From Candidatus Pacebacteria bacterium GW2011_GWA1_46_10 (GTDB lineage Bacteria > Patescibacteriota > Microgenomatia > UBA1400 > PJMF01), in assembly GCA_001002135.1 (NCBI GenBank), contig LCLP01000001.1, positions 8,417 to 72,416 on the forward strand: DNA of 64,000 nucleotides, read 5' to 3'. The notes beneath the pieces were generated by a model that was given only the letters and a program-made list of their open reading frames with translations, was not told the origin of the DNA and searched no databases. How positions within the stretch are numbered: position 1 is the first letter of the stretch; each line of letters starts with the position of its first letter. A program made the translations under genes and the position numbers. Of this stretch, positions 28,054 through 37,473 are shown piece by piece.

Positions 28054-29271
28054 TTATTCGTAACGCAGCGCCTCAATCGGGGAAAGCCGTGAGGCTCGTC
28101 GCGCCGGCGCTACCCCAAAGATAATCCCGACCACGGCTGAAACACCAAAAGCCAGCAACACTGCGCCTACCGTCACTTGTGCCGGGAAAAAGGCTTGCAA
28201 ACCCAGGGAGCCAAGGTAGGCGAGCGCCAGGCCAATTAAGCCGCCCGTGACGGACAACAAAGCTGACTCGATCAGGAACTGAAACAGAATCTGATTTGGT
28301 GTGGTACCCAAAGCTTTGCGCAGACCAATCTCACGCGTTCGCTCGGTGACTGACACCAACATGATATTCATAATGCCAATGCCGCCAACCAGTAGTGAAA
28401 TAGCGGCAATGCCGCCCAAGCCGGCAGTTAAAACCCCCAGAATACTGGTAATGGTGTTGAGAATTTCGGTCTGGTCAAAGACGCTAAACTCATCATCGTC
28501 TAGTCTCTCTGACAAAACATCTTCGATGGCACCGATGGCTGTTTGAATCTGGTTTTGGTCTTTGATTTTGACCACAATTTCCAAAATAGTTTGACTGTCG
28601 TAGAGATCAAAACCGGTTTCCAGCGGGATGTAAATATAGGTATCAAAAGATAGTCCACCGAAGGTGCCGCCTTGCTTTTCAGCTACACCCACCACTTTAA
28701 AAGTCTGGGTGCCCAGTTTGATGTTTTTACCGATCGGATCGATCTTGCCAAATAATGTATCCGCAATATCCCAACCGAGGACGGCTACCCGTTCCTTCCC
28801 CTGATCTTCAGTTTTGCTGAAAAACCGCCCTTTAGCCGTCCGGATATTGAGCATTTCTTCGTACTGATACGTCGTGTTGATGACACTAATGTTTTCCGTT
28901 TCGCCGCGGTAGCTGGCGGTATCAGCCTGCGAATTAAAGGGTATAGCAAAAGCGACGTGCTCACGGATACGCTCGATATCAGCGACGTCGCCCAAGCGTA
29001 ACTTATTGTTGCCGATGGCATTGATTTGCGAATCTCGGTCAAAGCCACCGCCCTCGCCGAAAACGTCTCCCGGGAAAACAATCACGTTATTGGAGCCCAG
29101 TGACTCAAACTCCTCGGTAATATACGCCTGTAAACCAGTCCCAATCGAGTTTAGTAAAACAACTGATGAAACGCCGATAATGACCCCTAACATGGTCAAA
29201 AAAGCCCGGCCCTTATTGACGATGATAGCTTTAAGAGCGACCAAAAACGTATTTTTTAAATTCATGTTCAT
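28054..29271 (-). CDS. ABC transporter permease, MacB/FtsX family
   Basis: N-terminal TM, large extracytoplasmic domain, C-terminal FtsX-like four-helix bundle. Typical 405-aa MacB permease layout. 4-nt overlap with the ATPase gene. Confidence 0.8.
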   Translation of the reverse strand: MNMNLKNTFLVALKAIIVNKGRAFLTMLGVIIGVSSVVLLNSIGTGLQAYITEEFESLGSNNVIVFPGDVFGEGGGFDRDSQINAIGNNKLRLGDVADIERIREHVAFAIPFNSQADTASYRGETENISVINTTYQYEEMLNIRTAKGRFFSKTEDQGKERVAVLGWDIADTLFGKIDPIGKNIKLGTQTFKVVGVAEKQGGTFGGLSFDTYIYIPLETGFDLYDSQTILEIVVKIKDQNQIQTAIGAIEDVLSERLDDDEFSVFDQTEILNTITSILGVLTAGLGGIAAISLLVGGIGIMNIMLVSVTERTREIGLRKALGTTPNQILFQFLIESALLSVTGGLIGLALAYLGSLGLQAFFPAQVTVGAVLLAFGVSAVVGIIFGVAPARRASRLSPIEALRYE

Positions 29272-29993
29272 ATTTTCATTTTTCCGTCGACGATTTTGCC
29301 ATCAATCAGACTAATATGTTGCTTAGCAATGTCTGCGACATCGTGTTCATGGGTGACCATGATGATGGTGCGGCCCTCTTTACTCAGTTGTTGCAGGATT
29401 TTCCTTACTTCTTCGCCGCTTTTGGAATCCAAGTTGCCGGTTGGTTCATCGGCAAAGATGATGGAGGGGTTATTGACCAGCGCTCGGGCAATGGCCACTC
29501 GTTGTTGTTGACCGCCCGATAACTGTGATGGCGTGTTATGTAATCGATCACCCAAACCGATCTTTTCCAGCATCACTTTAGCGCGCTCCAGCCTGGTTTT
29601 CTCATCGATGCCGGCGTAAACCAAGGGGAGCGCCACGTTTTCTAAGGCCGAAGTTTTGGCCAGCAAATTGTAGTTTTGGAAGACAAAACCAACTTCGCTG
29701 TTACGCAAATGCGCTCGCTCGACTTCGTTGTATTTAGTGGTATTTTTGCCATTAATCAAAATATGGCCGCTGGACGGAGTGGCCAGAATGCTGGCAACTT
29801 GCAAAAACGTTGACTTACCCGATCCGGAGGGACCCATCACCGAGAGGAAGTCACCTTCACGGACCCTGAGCGACACGCCGTCTAAGGCTTTGATCGTTTG
29901 AGTGCCGACCTCATACACCTTGGAGACGTTTTGTAACTCTAAGATGATTTTCTTGGTTGAACTTGATTTTTTTGACCGTTTGCTTTGAGGCAT
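29268..29993 (-). CDS. ABC transporter ATP-binding protein (MacB/LolD type)
   Basis: Walker A 'GPSGSGKST', signature 'LSGGQQQRVAIARAL', Walker B 'IIFADEPTGNLD', H-loop 'VTHEH'. Confidence 0.9.
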   Translation of the reverse strand: MPQSKRSKKSSSTKKIILELQNVSKVYEVGTQTIKALDGVSLRVREGDFLSVMGPSGSGKSTFLQVASILATPSSGHILINGKNTTKYNEVERAHLRNSEVGFVFQNYNLLAKTSALENVALPLVYAGIDEKTRLERAKVMLEKIGLGDRLHNTPSQLSGGQQQRVAIARALVNNPSIIFADEPTGNLDSKSGEEVRKILQQLSKEGRTIIMVTHEHDVADIAKQHISLIDGKIVDGKMKI

Positions 29994-30002
29994 TACATTC
30001 GA

Positions 30003-31046
30003 TTATTCGGGCAACAGTATTTCGTCTGACTCTGATAAGCCGCTCAAGACTTCTACTTTTTCGTCCGTTTCCAGGCCAAGCGTGATTTCTCGCTCCTCGT
30101 ACTCTTGCGGGCCGGTTCGCACGTCAACATACGTTTTACTATCACGCTCACGAGTGGCAATCAGCGGAATGGTCAGTGCGTCGGCTTTTTCAGTCAGCTT
30201 GATATCGACATCGCCGTTCATGCCGAGTCGATATTTTTCCAAGCCACTGAGCGTCTCAATCGGCAGTTCGACGATAAACACAGTCCCGCTGGTATCAGCG
30301 GTACTCAGGTAAGAGATATAGTTAACCGAAGAGTTGATACTTTCGCCTGGATAAGCGTCCAGTTCAATGACGGCGGTTTGACTAAGTTGAACATCGGCAA
30401 TGTCTGCCTCGTCGACCAGCGCCCGGAAAACAAGCGTATCGGGATTAACGATCAGAAATTTATCGGTGGCGGCAAGAGTTACCCCACTGACGTTAGTGGG
30501 TGACTGAACTAAAGTACCATTGATCGGTGAAGACATGACGGTATTGGCTACCGCGATGGCCGCAATCTCTACGTCGAGCACGGTGTTACTGAGATCGAGT
30601 TGGTTTTTATCTACCGTCCGCTCCTCGGCTTTATCAATAGTGCGGTCCTCAATGTCGTCCAGTTGTTGATCCCAATCGAGTCGTTCCTTGGAGTAAAGGT
30701 TGAGGTTTTTTTCTTGAGTTTTGGCCAGGCTCGCGGCATCGATTTGGGCGATGGTTTGCCATTTTTTGACTTGGTCGCCTTCTTTGGCGCCTAAGTACAC
30801 GACTTTACCGCCGGCCAGAAAGTGCATCGAGGCTTTTTCTTTGGCGTCTACCGTGCCAGAAACTGCTAGGGTTTTAATCAGTGTTTCGCGAGTGGGTGAA
30901 ATGAAAGTGAGTTGTGCTTGTCGTTGAGAGCGTGCGTAGACGAATCGGCCGACGAGTAACAAGACTATCAGCACGCCAATCACCCACCACCGCCTAAGTT
31001 TCCAGATTTTTTTGAGCTTTTTGACCAAAAGTTTGACGAATTTCAT
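30003..31046 (-). CDS. efflux periplasmic adaptor (HlyD/MacA-like membrane fusion protein)
   Basis: N-terminal TM anchor, coiled-coil-rich middle, beta-barrel-like C-terminus. Operon position upstream of the MacB-like pair. Confidence 0.7.
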   Translation of the reverse strand: MKFVKLLVKKLKKIWKLRRWWVIGVLIVLLLVGRFVYARSQRQAQLTFISPTRETLIKTLAVSGTVDAKEKASMHFLAGGKVVYLGAKEGDQVKKWQTIAQIDAASLAKTQEKNLNLYSKERLDWDQQLDDIEDRTIDKAEERTVDKNQLDLSNTVLDVEIAAIAVANTVMSSPINGTLVQSPTNVSGVTLAATDKFLIVNPDTLVFRALVDEADIADVQLSQTAVIELDAYPGESINSSVNYISYLSTADTSGTVFIVELPIETLSGLEKYRLGMNGDVDIKLTEKADALTIPLIATRERDSKTYVDVRTGPQEYEEREITLGLETDEKVEVLSGLSESDEILLPE

Positions 31047-31055
31047 GAAAGCCTA

Positions 31056-31088
31056 TTTTAATCCAGGCAGAGTTTTTAATCCAGGCAG
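31056..31088. repeat. direct repeat 'TTTTAATCCAGGCAG' x2 (18-nt period) immediately 3' of tRNA-Ile
   Basis: Seen directly: ttttaatccaggcag ag ttttaatccaggcag. Confidence 0.6.
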
Positions 31089-31106
31089 TTTTTATCAGAA
31101 ACAGGG

Positions 31107-31180
31107 TGCGTGCGCTAGGACTCGAACCTAGAACCACCAAGGTATAAGCTTGGTGCTCTAACCAATTGAGCTACACACGC
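31107..31180 (-). tRNA. tRNA-Ile with anticodon UAU (reads AUA); CCA not encoded
   Basis: 74-nt cloverleaf with acceptor GCGUGUG/CGCACGC, D-arm GCUC-AAUUGGUUA-GAGC, anticodon stem CCAAG/CUUGG with loop CUUAUAC, T-arm CUAGG-UUCGAGU-CCUAG, discriminator A. Confidence 0.8.
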
Positions 31181-31265
31181 AGGTCAATTAAAAGTGAATA
31201 GTTAAAAGTTTATAGAGTCTATTAACTATTAACTATGGACTTATTGCTTGCCTTGGAATTATAGC

Positions 31266-32021
31266 CTACAGGAGCAAGAGGAGGAGGGCGCCGACGCCAA
31301 GCGTGGCGATGCCAACCTGTAAATACCGCAACCAATCTGCTGGACCGGCAACTGGGAGTTCCTCTGGGATTTCCGGTTGAGTAGTGGGTTGAACAAGAGT
31401 TGGTCGGGCGCCACTAGTAGCTGCTGTTTCTTCGCCGGTTTGTTGGTTGATGGTGACATTAACACTGGCAGTGCTGGTGGAGTTAGCGCTGACGTTGACG
31501 TTCACGTCATTATCTTCTGGAGTGGGAGTAGGAGTTGGTTCTTCTGTTGGTGTTGGTGTAGGAGTGGGCTCTTGACAACAACTAGCGATGGACGGATTGG
31601 CGACACAAGCGGCCTCAAACTCTGGTTGAGCGCAATAAGTGTTGCCGTTATCAGCGGTGATACAAGTTAAACCATCCAGACAGTCGGCGTCAGTGTCGCA
31701 GGGACCGTAGCCACAAGCGGCCTGGGTTGTCACCTCGGAAACAGTAAAAGTCAGAGTGCAATTGGACGTTTGTTGAATGGCGGCCTCCGGGCGCGATTCA
31801 GGCACGTTCGGCGCCACTGGTCCTTGGGTGAGAAATTGTTTTTGCGAGATCAGCACACCAATAAAACCAAGGAAGAAAAACCCAGCTAAAGCCAGCACGC
31901 CGCTGATCAATTTCCAAGGAGAGATTGAGTTATTGGCGGGAGTCTGAGCCTTAACCGTTTTTACTATGGTTGGCTCTTTTTTCCTTGGAGCGGCTGGTGG
32001 GTTTTGATAAGTGTTCTCCAT
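31266..32021 (-). CDS. cell-surface protein: TM, Cys-rich domain, Pro-Thr linker, LPXTG-like (LPVAG) C-terminal sorting signal; paralog A
   Basis: N-terminal TM anchor, about 10 Cys, '(E)PTPTPTPTEEPTPTPTPE' linker, C-terminal 'ELPVAGPADWLRYLQVGIATLGVGALLLLLL'. Confidence 0.6.
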   Translation of the reverse strand: MENTYQNPPAAPRKKEPTIVKTVKAQTPANNSISPWKLISGVLALAGFFFLGFIGVLISQKQFLTQGPVAPNVPESRPEAAIQQTSNCTLTFTVSEVTTQAACGYGPCDTDADCLDGLTCITADNGNTYCAQPEFEAACVANPSIASCCQEPTPTPTPTEEPTPTPTPEDNDVNVNVSANSTSTASVNVTINQQTGEETAATSGARPTLVQPTTQPEIPEELPVAGPADWLRYLQVGIATLGVGALLLLLL

Positions 32022-32030
32022 TAGTTTTGA

Positions 32031-32897
32031 TTAGTTTTGGGTACAAACAGTTGGTGTATAACTTTCCCAGTTACACTCAGCGGTGGTGCCGCCATCTGGA
32101 CAGACGGCGCACTGGACAGCAAAGTCACCAGTTGAAGGAATGGTGTAACTGATATTGCTACTGCTAGTGGTGTATTGGAGTGGTTCGTTGTGGTACTCGC
32201 TACCGCACGGCCCCCAAATTCTGAATTGATAGTGATAACCGTCAGGCAGCGCGATGTTAGCCGAACAAGTGAAGCCGACTGTGTCACCTGGAGCTAGGCC
32301 GGCATCGTCGTTACCAGAGAGAACGATGGGATTGCCATCATTGGGGTCATACATCCCGATGTCGTAACACATCGGTCCACCTGGCAGCGTGGGGGTAGGG
32401 GTGTGGGTAGGAGTGGGGGTCGGAGTATGAGAAGGAGTTGGCGTTGGTATACGGGTGGGAGTGGGTGTTCGAGTCGGTCTTGGAGTGGGGGTAGGAGTGG
32501 GTGTTGGGAGAGTGTCCCCTGGGAAACAACCATCGCTACTACCGCAAACGTAGCCCGGCACGCAACAGGTCATCCCGAAGCCTTGCCAGTTAGTGCAGTA
32601 ACTTCTTCCTTGAGCCTCGCAAGAGGCTTTAATAGTGTCGTCACACTCAGTGCCGGTACAGGCGTCTCCACCAAGACAGTGACAGTTTTCTGGCTGACCT
32701 CCACAAGCGTTTGGGTCACCGATCGTACATTCGTAGTTTTCATCATAAGCTGGACCAGCGGCTTGTTGGCGCAAGTCTTGACTGATTCGGGAAAGGTAAA
32801 GCCCTACTGCTGCGCCAATCAGGAGCATCAGTAATAAAGCTCCCCCGAGGAGGAGTGAGCGGGTTCGTTGGGCAGTTGAGGGAGTAGGGTTGGCCAC
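32031..32897 (-). CDS. cell-surface protein: TM, Cys-rich domain, long Pro-Thr linker, Cys-containing beta-rich C-terminal domain; paralog B (no LPXTG)
   Basis: Shares the TM plus 'SQDLRQQAAGP' juxtamembrane segment and Cys-rich module with paralogs A and C. 'TPTPTPTPRPTRTPTPTRIPTPTPSHTPTPTPTHTPTPT' linker. Confidence 0.6.
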   Translation of the reverse strand: MANPTPSTAQRTRSLLLGGALLLMLLIGAAVGLYLSRISQDLRQQAAGPAYDENYECTIGDPNACGGQPENCHCLGGDACTGTECDDTIKASCEAQGRSYCTNWQGFGMTCCVPGYVCGSSDGCFPGDTLPTPTPTPTPRPTRTPTPTRIPTPTPSHTPTPTPTHTPTPTLPGGPMCYDIGMYDPNDGNPIVLSGNDDAGLAPGDTVGFTCSANIALPDGYHYQFRIWGPCGSEYHNEPLQYTTSSSNISYTIPSTGDFAVQCAVCPDGGTTAECNWESYTPTVCTQN

Positions 32898-33044
32898 TCG
32901 GTTGCTTTCAGCTATTGGTGCTGAGGAATAGCATACAGAGGTTTTCTGGCTAGGGTCAAGCAGACTGATCTCAGTAGCAGTTTTGGTTTGGAAAAGAAAT
33001 GAGCGCGGTTTTGTCGCCCAGCTTGTCGGTTAGTGACTGTCAAA

Positions 33045-33863
33045 CTAAAGGAAGAGCAGCAGTAGCGCGCCGGCGCCAAGGACACCCAGGCCGATCTGCA
33101 GGTATTTCAGCCAATCTTCCGGACCGGTTTGGGGCAGTTCACTAGGGAGAGTGGGTTGACCGCCGGTAGTGGTACTAGTGCCGCCGGTACTAGTTCCTTC
33201 ATTGAGGGTGACGTTGGCCTCAGCATTGCTGGACGAGTCAGCAGTAGCAATTATGTTAGTGTCGTCGCCACCACCACCGACACCATCACCTGGTGTGGGG
33301 GTTGGTTCCACTGTAGGTGTTGGTTCTTCTGTGGGTGTCGGAGTAGGAACATTACTCGGCGTTGGGGTTGGAGTGAGGGTTGGTGTATGAGTGGGGGTAG
33401 GAGTTGGTGCGGCGTCCTCAGTTGTTCGGCAAACACAGTCGCCATCCGACTGTGCCCGGCAAGTGCCGTAGGGCGCGTTGTTACCACAGCGATCGCCGGG
33501 ATCTTTGCCCTGACATTGAGCGGCAGAGCCTGGGCCGCAACCGCCGCTGGGTATGGGAGTGGGAGTGGTGATCGGGTGTTCATACACTGATGCCTGTTGA
33601 CGTAAATCCTGGTTGAGTTTAATGAGATATAAACCGACGCCGCTGCCAATGACCAGCAGCAGTAAAAGCGCCCCGGCTAAGATATATTTACCAGACAGTT
33701 TGCCTTTCTTTTGCGGTGGCGGGGTGGAATCAGCTGTTTGACCTGCTGGAGTCGGTTGATCATTGACCGCCGGAGTTTGTCCGGGATCAGTTGGCAGATC
33801 ATCCGGCAGATTTGGTGGCAACGGTGAAACTGGTGAAGGTGAAGAGCCAACGACGTTGATCAT
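33045..33863 (-). CDS. cell-surface protein: TM, Cys-rich domain, Pro-Thr linker, LPQTG sorting signal; paralog C
   Basis: Long Pro-rich N-terminal tail, TM, 'NQDLRQQAS', Cys-rich module, 'PTPTPTHTPTLTPTPTPSNVPTPTPTEEPTPTVEPTPTPG' linker, C-terminal 'LPQTGPEDWLKYLQIGLGVLGAGALLLLFL'. Confidence 0.65.
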   Translation of the reverse strand: MINVVGSSPSPVSPLPPNLPDDLPTDPGQTPAVNDQPTPAGQTADSTPPPQKKGKLSGKYILAGALLLLLVIGSGVGLYLIKLNQDLRQQASVYEHPITTPTPIPSGGCGPGSAAQCQGKDPGDRCGNNAPYGTCRAQSDGDCVCRTTEDAAPTPTPTHTPTLTPTPTPSNVPTPTPTEEPTPTVEPTPTPGDGVGGGGDDTNIIATADSSSNAEANVTLNEGTSTGGTSTTTGGQPTLPSELPQTGPEDWLKYLQIGLGVLGAGALLLLFL

Positions 33864-34099
33864 AGAAAGTATAATTTTCTTCTAAGCTAAAATAGTACGC
33901 TATTTGCTAGAGTTTAGTAAAGAGTTAATTAATAGCGCTCACCAGCCCAAATTTGTTTTAATCAGTGTAAGCTGCAACTAACCTCTTATTGACTGGACAG
34001 CTGGTGCTGTTGGCCAAGGCCGACGGGGTTAATCATAAAGTGTGAATGCTTGCGTTGTTTACTACAGCTGTGCGATAGTTTCAAAGTTATGATGGGGTT

Positions 34100-34774
34100 A
34101 TGCAACTAAACTTATTAAAATTTAAAGTTTTGTCAAATTTTGCTTTTCTGCCTTGGGTAAAACGGAGCTTTATTTTTTTACGTCTCGCCAGTTGTCCGTT
34201 TATGGAGTTGATAACTTACCTACCAAAGAAAGGCAAGTTACTTGATGTTGGCACTGGGTTCGGATTATTGCCTTTATTACTTAAACAGCACAACTCCCAA
34301 TTGCAAATTATTGGTATTGATCCAGATGCCGAGCGCATTAAGCTGGCTCGGCAAGCCAATCAAAATCTTAGTAATTTTCAGTTTCAAGTAGGCACAGTAC
34401 TAGATCTAGACTTGCGACAAACTTTTACAGTCGCAACCTTGGTGGATGTTTTGTACTTACTTCCCCAAAGCGAAAAAATAAAAACCATTCAAGCAGTGTA
34501 TCGATTACTTGAACCAAATAGTTTGTTAGTCATCAAAATCAATGACAAATCTTTTAGTCTCAGCTATTTTTTCACTTGGTTGCAAGAAAAAATGACGGTA
34601 CAGATTTTTAAGGAAACCACTACCAATTTCCCTGGTTTATATTTTGAAAATGCGGCGGAAGTGAGCGAACTGTTGGAAAACAATGGTTTCCAAGTACAAA
34701 AAAGGGTGAAACTTAAAACTCCGTTCCCCTTTTTCCACCCGCATTGGTTAGTGGTTGCACAAAAGAAAAACTAA
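34100..34774 (+). CDS. class I SAM-dependent methyltransferase
   Basis: Motif I 'LLDVGTGFGLLPLLL', motif post-I 'IIGIDPD', motif II-like 'FTVATLVDVLYLL'. Confidence 0.75.
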   Translation: MQLNLLKFKVLSNFAFLPWVKRSFIFLRLASCPFMELITYLPKKGKLLDVGTGFGLLPLLLKQHNSQLQIIGIDPDAERIKLARQANQNLSNFQFQVGTVLDLDLRQTFTVATLVDVLYLLPQSEKIKTIQAVYRLLEPNSLLVIKINDKSFSLSYFFTWLQEKMTVQIFKETTTNFPGLYFENAAEVSELLENNGFQVQKRVKLKTPFPFFHPHWLVVAQKKN

Positions 34775-34785
34775 TAACATGAGTT

Positions 34786-36339
34786 TTACCGAACATTCAT
34801 TACCAAAATCGGCGTTTGGAAAGAACCGATGGTTTTTTCCAAAATGAAGGTCTCGCCGTAATAGTTTCGATTAATTTTTTCCTCAAAACTAGTAAAGCAG
34901 TCATTGATGGAAAAATTGCTGTTTACCTGATGACAAATTACGTACAGAGTAACCAAGTTAGTTTTCGATCGGCGGGTAGCTTTGCTGGTTTCAGGATCAA
35001 TATCCACCAGATATTCTCCAGTCAATTTTTCCAAATTGTACCAGTAATAAGAGGTTTCCCAACCATAAGGGTCGTAGTGACTGATGGCTAACAGGTCAAT
35101 ATCAGTAAGAGGCAATTGTTTTTGATGGGCGTCATTTAAGATTCCTGTGGCTGCTTGACGAGCAGCGGTGATAGTGGATGCGCCCGTCAGTCTCATACTA
35201 GTCAAATTAGTTTTAAGTAAAAATGCTGATAAAAAAATAATTGCTATGACAAAAACTGTGTTTTTTAATTGACCCAATAATGCACTCAACCAGAGTAATA
35301 AAAAGGGAGTGACAACCAATAAATAAGCGCGCGAAAATATGGGAAGTGTTTCCTGAATTAAAATAGCTATCAAAACGGCAGGCAGGAAGCTGAAAAGAAA
35401 TAGTAAAATTATTCCCTTGCTATGAGCTTTTAGGGTTTTGTTGAAATTTGCCAATACTGCGGCACTGATAAAAAAAGCGAAGAAAATGATGTCGTTTTTA
35501 GTTTCTGAAGATGGGAAATAAAGAAACACTTGCTTGAGGCTCAGAGTTAATCGTTCACCTAATTTCGAAGTAGCTATGGCTGTCTGTGACTGCTGATAAT
35601 ACTGGCCGATTATTTGAAATCTGGCCCAGTCATATTTCACTTCGACTAATAAAATGGGCAAATAAATTGCCACTGCCCCTAAAGTGAAGATAATTATTGC
35701 TCTGATTGGTTTAGCGAGATTTTTTAATTCACGAACAAAAAGAATAGCCTTGAGGGGTATGAGTAGGTACATGGGTGGATAAAACTGGGTAGCTAGTAAA
35801 CTGATGAGAACGGCACTGATAAAAAAATTTTCTCTTTTACCTTGCTTGAAAAGGGCGAATAAATAGAGAGCAATTGTGTCAAAAAAAATGGCAATAACAG
35901 GTTGTGAGGCCCAAGTGGAAGTGTAGAGCATGGTGGGCAAAAAAAGGGCTAAGACGAGGACAGCCATGCCAGTTTTTTGATTGAAGAAGATGCAAGCTAT
36001 CCGATAAAGAAAATAAGCTTGTAATAAATTAATGACAGTAAAAATCAAAATATATCCTTCTGGAGTTTGTAGTCCAATGAGATAAATTAAAGTTAGAAAA
36101 TAGTATCCCAATGGCGAGTTATGTAAGAGGTATTTATCGTCAGTATCTAAAGCACTAATTTCTCCCAACTCTGGAAATTTACCATATTTAATCAGGCGTT
36201 CCGCCGTCAGTAGTTGCACTCCCTCATCTCCGGCAATTGTTTCGAAATGGCTCCAATTGATTAATCTAAAAACAGCGCCGATTAAAAAAAACAGCCCGAT
36301 AATTATTAAAGTTTTGTTTTTTAAAATAATTTTTACCAT
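34786..36339 (-). CDS. GT-C fold glycosyltransferase, PMT/ArnT-like (GT39/GT83 family, PMT_2-type)
   Basis: About 12 TM segments. A conserved acidic 'AGDEG' motif in the first extracytoplasmic loop (the DE motif of the PMT/ArnT family). 517 aa. Confidence 0.6.
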   Translation of the reverse strand: MVKIILKNKTLIIIGLFFLIGAVFRLINWSHFETIAGDEGVQLLTAERLIKYGKFPELGEISALDTDDKYLLHNSPLGYYFLTLIYLIGLQTPEGYILIFTVINLLQAYFLYRIACIFFNQKTGMAVLVLALFLPTMLYTSTWASQPVIAIFFDTIALYLFALFKQGKRENFFISAVLISLLATQFYPPMYLLIPLKAILFVRELKNLAKPIRAIIIFTLGAVAIYLPILLVEVKYDWARFQIIGQYYQQSQTAIATSKLGERLTLSLKQVFLYFPSSETKNDIIFFAFFISAAVLANFNKTLKAHSKGIILLFLFSFLPAVLIAILIQETLPIFSRAYLLVVTPFLLLWLSALLGQLKNTVFVIAIIFLSAFLLKTNLTSMRLTGASTITAARQAATGILNDAHQKQLPLTDIDLLAISHYDPYGWETSYYWYNLEKLTGEYLVDIDPETSKATRRSKTNLVTLYVICHQVNSNFSINDCFTSFEEKINRNYYGETFILEKTIGSFQTPILVMNVR

Positions 36340-36363
36340 TTAGAGGATTCTCGCTCACTAATT

Positions 36364-37473
36364 TTATTGCTGTTTGATTAAATTAAGCACACTCAAACAG
36401 TCTTCTAAATTACCAGCATAGCAGTCATAACGATATTGATATTGAACAATGCTAAGTAAAATAATGATGGCCCAAAAAACCATTGGTTTTTTTATAAATA
36501 CTTGCAGTAGGGCCAAAAAAAGCAAGTAAAAAACTGGCAAAATCGGCAGGATATGTCTGGGCAAGAGGTAACCAAGTTTAGTTATCATCAGTAGAGTTGG
36601 TAACGATACAGCACCCAAAACCAATGCTAGGGTGATCACTTCTTTAATGGTTTTGATAAGTTTCTTACTAAACATTAACATTACAACACTAGAACCAGAA
36701 ATGAGATACCGTCCCTGACGGACAGTGATATAAGTAATGGCGTCCCACAGACTTTGCCATGGTTGCTCGTCATAAAATCTTTCTGGTGAGTAAACCCACC
36801 AACCGGCAATCGATGCGTGTATGTATAACCAGACTACAGTCATAACAGGTAGCGGTGAAATATAACGTATTAACCAAGAGAGTTTGTTTGTGATGCCTTT
36901 TTCCAAAAATAAATAAACTCCGGCTGCTAGGGTAATAAAAAGTGCGTTGTCAACTCTGAATAAAATAGCCAAGATAGCAATTAAAGTGAAGCTAAAATAT
37001 TTTTTCTTGATTAAAAAAATGACACTTAAAAAACGCAGAGCAGCCCCAACGATCTCAAAATAAACGAGATGAGTTTGAGCTATAAAAAGCGGATTGGTGA
37101 GAAATAAAACTACCAAAGCCTGGCCAATTTTTTTACTGGCTATACTTTTGCCCAAAAAATACATCACCACCAGGAAAAACAGCGATAAAAATAAACTTAA
37201 TAAATGAATAAAAAAGAGATGATTAGTGGTTAGTTTGATAATAAAAGCGATTATCAACGGCAATAAAAAAGTATGAGGATAATCGCTGCCACCAAAGTAT
37301 GAAAAAAGATTGCCAGTTTGAGCAATAGCATAACCTGCAGGGACCAGAAACCAGGCAGTGTCCCAGTAGAAAGGGAGAGAAAAGCTTTTTTTAGTTGACA
37401 AGAGTAAAACAATTGTTACCCCCAACCAAAAAAGCATATCCTGCCAACTAACTTTTTTAGTTGTTTTAGTCAT
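36364..37473 (-). CDS. polytopic membrane protein, probable second GT-C-like glycosyltransferase (start uncertain; ORF open to 37506)
   Basis: 10 or more TM segments, 'WDTAWF' in the first loop. Operon partner of the PMT/ArnT-like gene and the GT2-YdjC fusion. Confidence 0.4.
   Translation of the reverse strand: MTKTTKKVSWQDMLFWLGVTIVLLLSTKKSFSLPFYWDTAWFLVPAGYAIAQTGNLFSYFGGSDYPHTFLLPLIIAFIIKLTTNHLFFIHLLSLFLSLFFLVVMYFLGKSIASKKIGQALVVLFLTNPLFIAQTHLVYFEIVGAALRFLSVIFLIKKKYFSFTLIAILAILFRVDNALFITLAAGVYLFLEKGITNKLSWLIRYISPLPVMTVVWLYIHASIAGWWVYSPERFYDEQPWQSLWDAITYITVRQGRYLISGSSVVMLMFSKKLIKTIKEVITLALVLGAVSLPTLLMITKLGYLLPRHILPILPVFYLLFLALLQVFIKKPMVFWAIIILLSIVQYQYRYDCYAGNLEDCLSVLNLIKQQ

Noticed and set aside
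31377-33649. Plus-strand and alternative-frame ORFs inside the surface-protein genes (31377..31670, 32294..32834, 33129..33649) and the microsatellite-like (ACnCCn) DNA
   Set aside because: These are artifacts of the low-complexity Pro-Thr codon repeats, which are open in several frames. The repeats are coding linkers, not a CRISPR array or intergenic tandem repeat: they lack unique spacers of uniform length.
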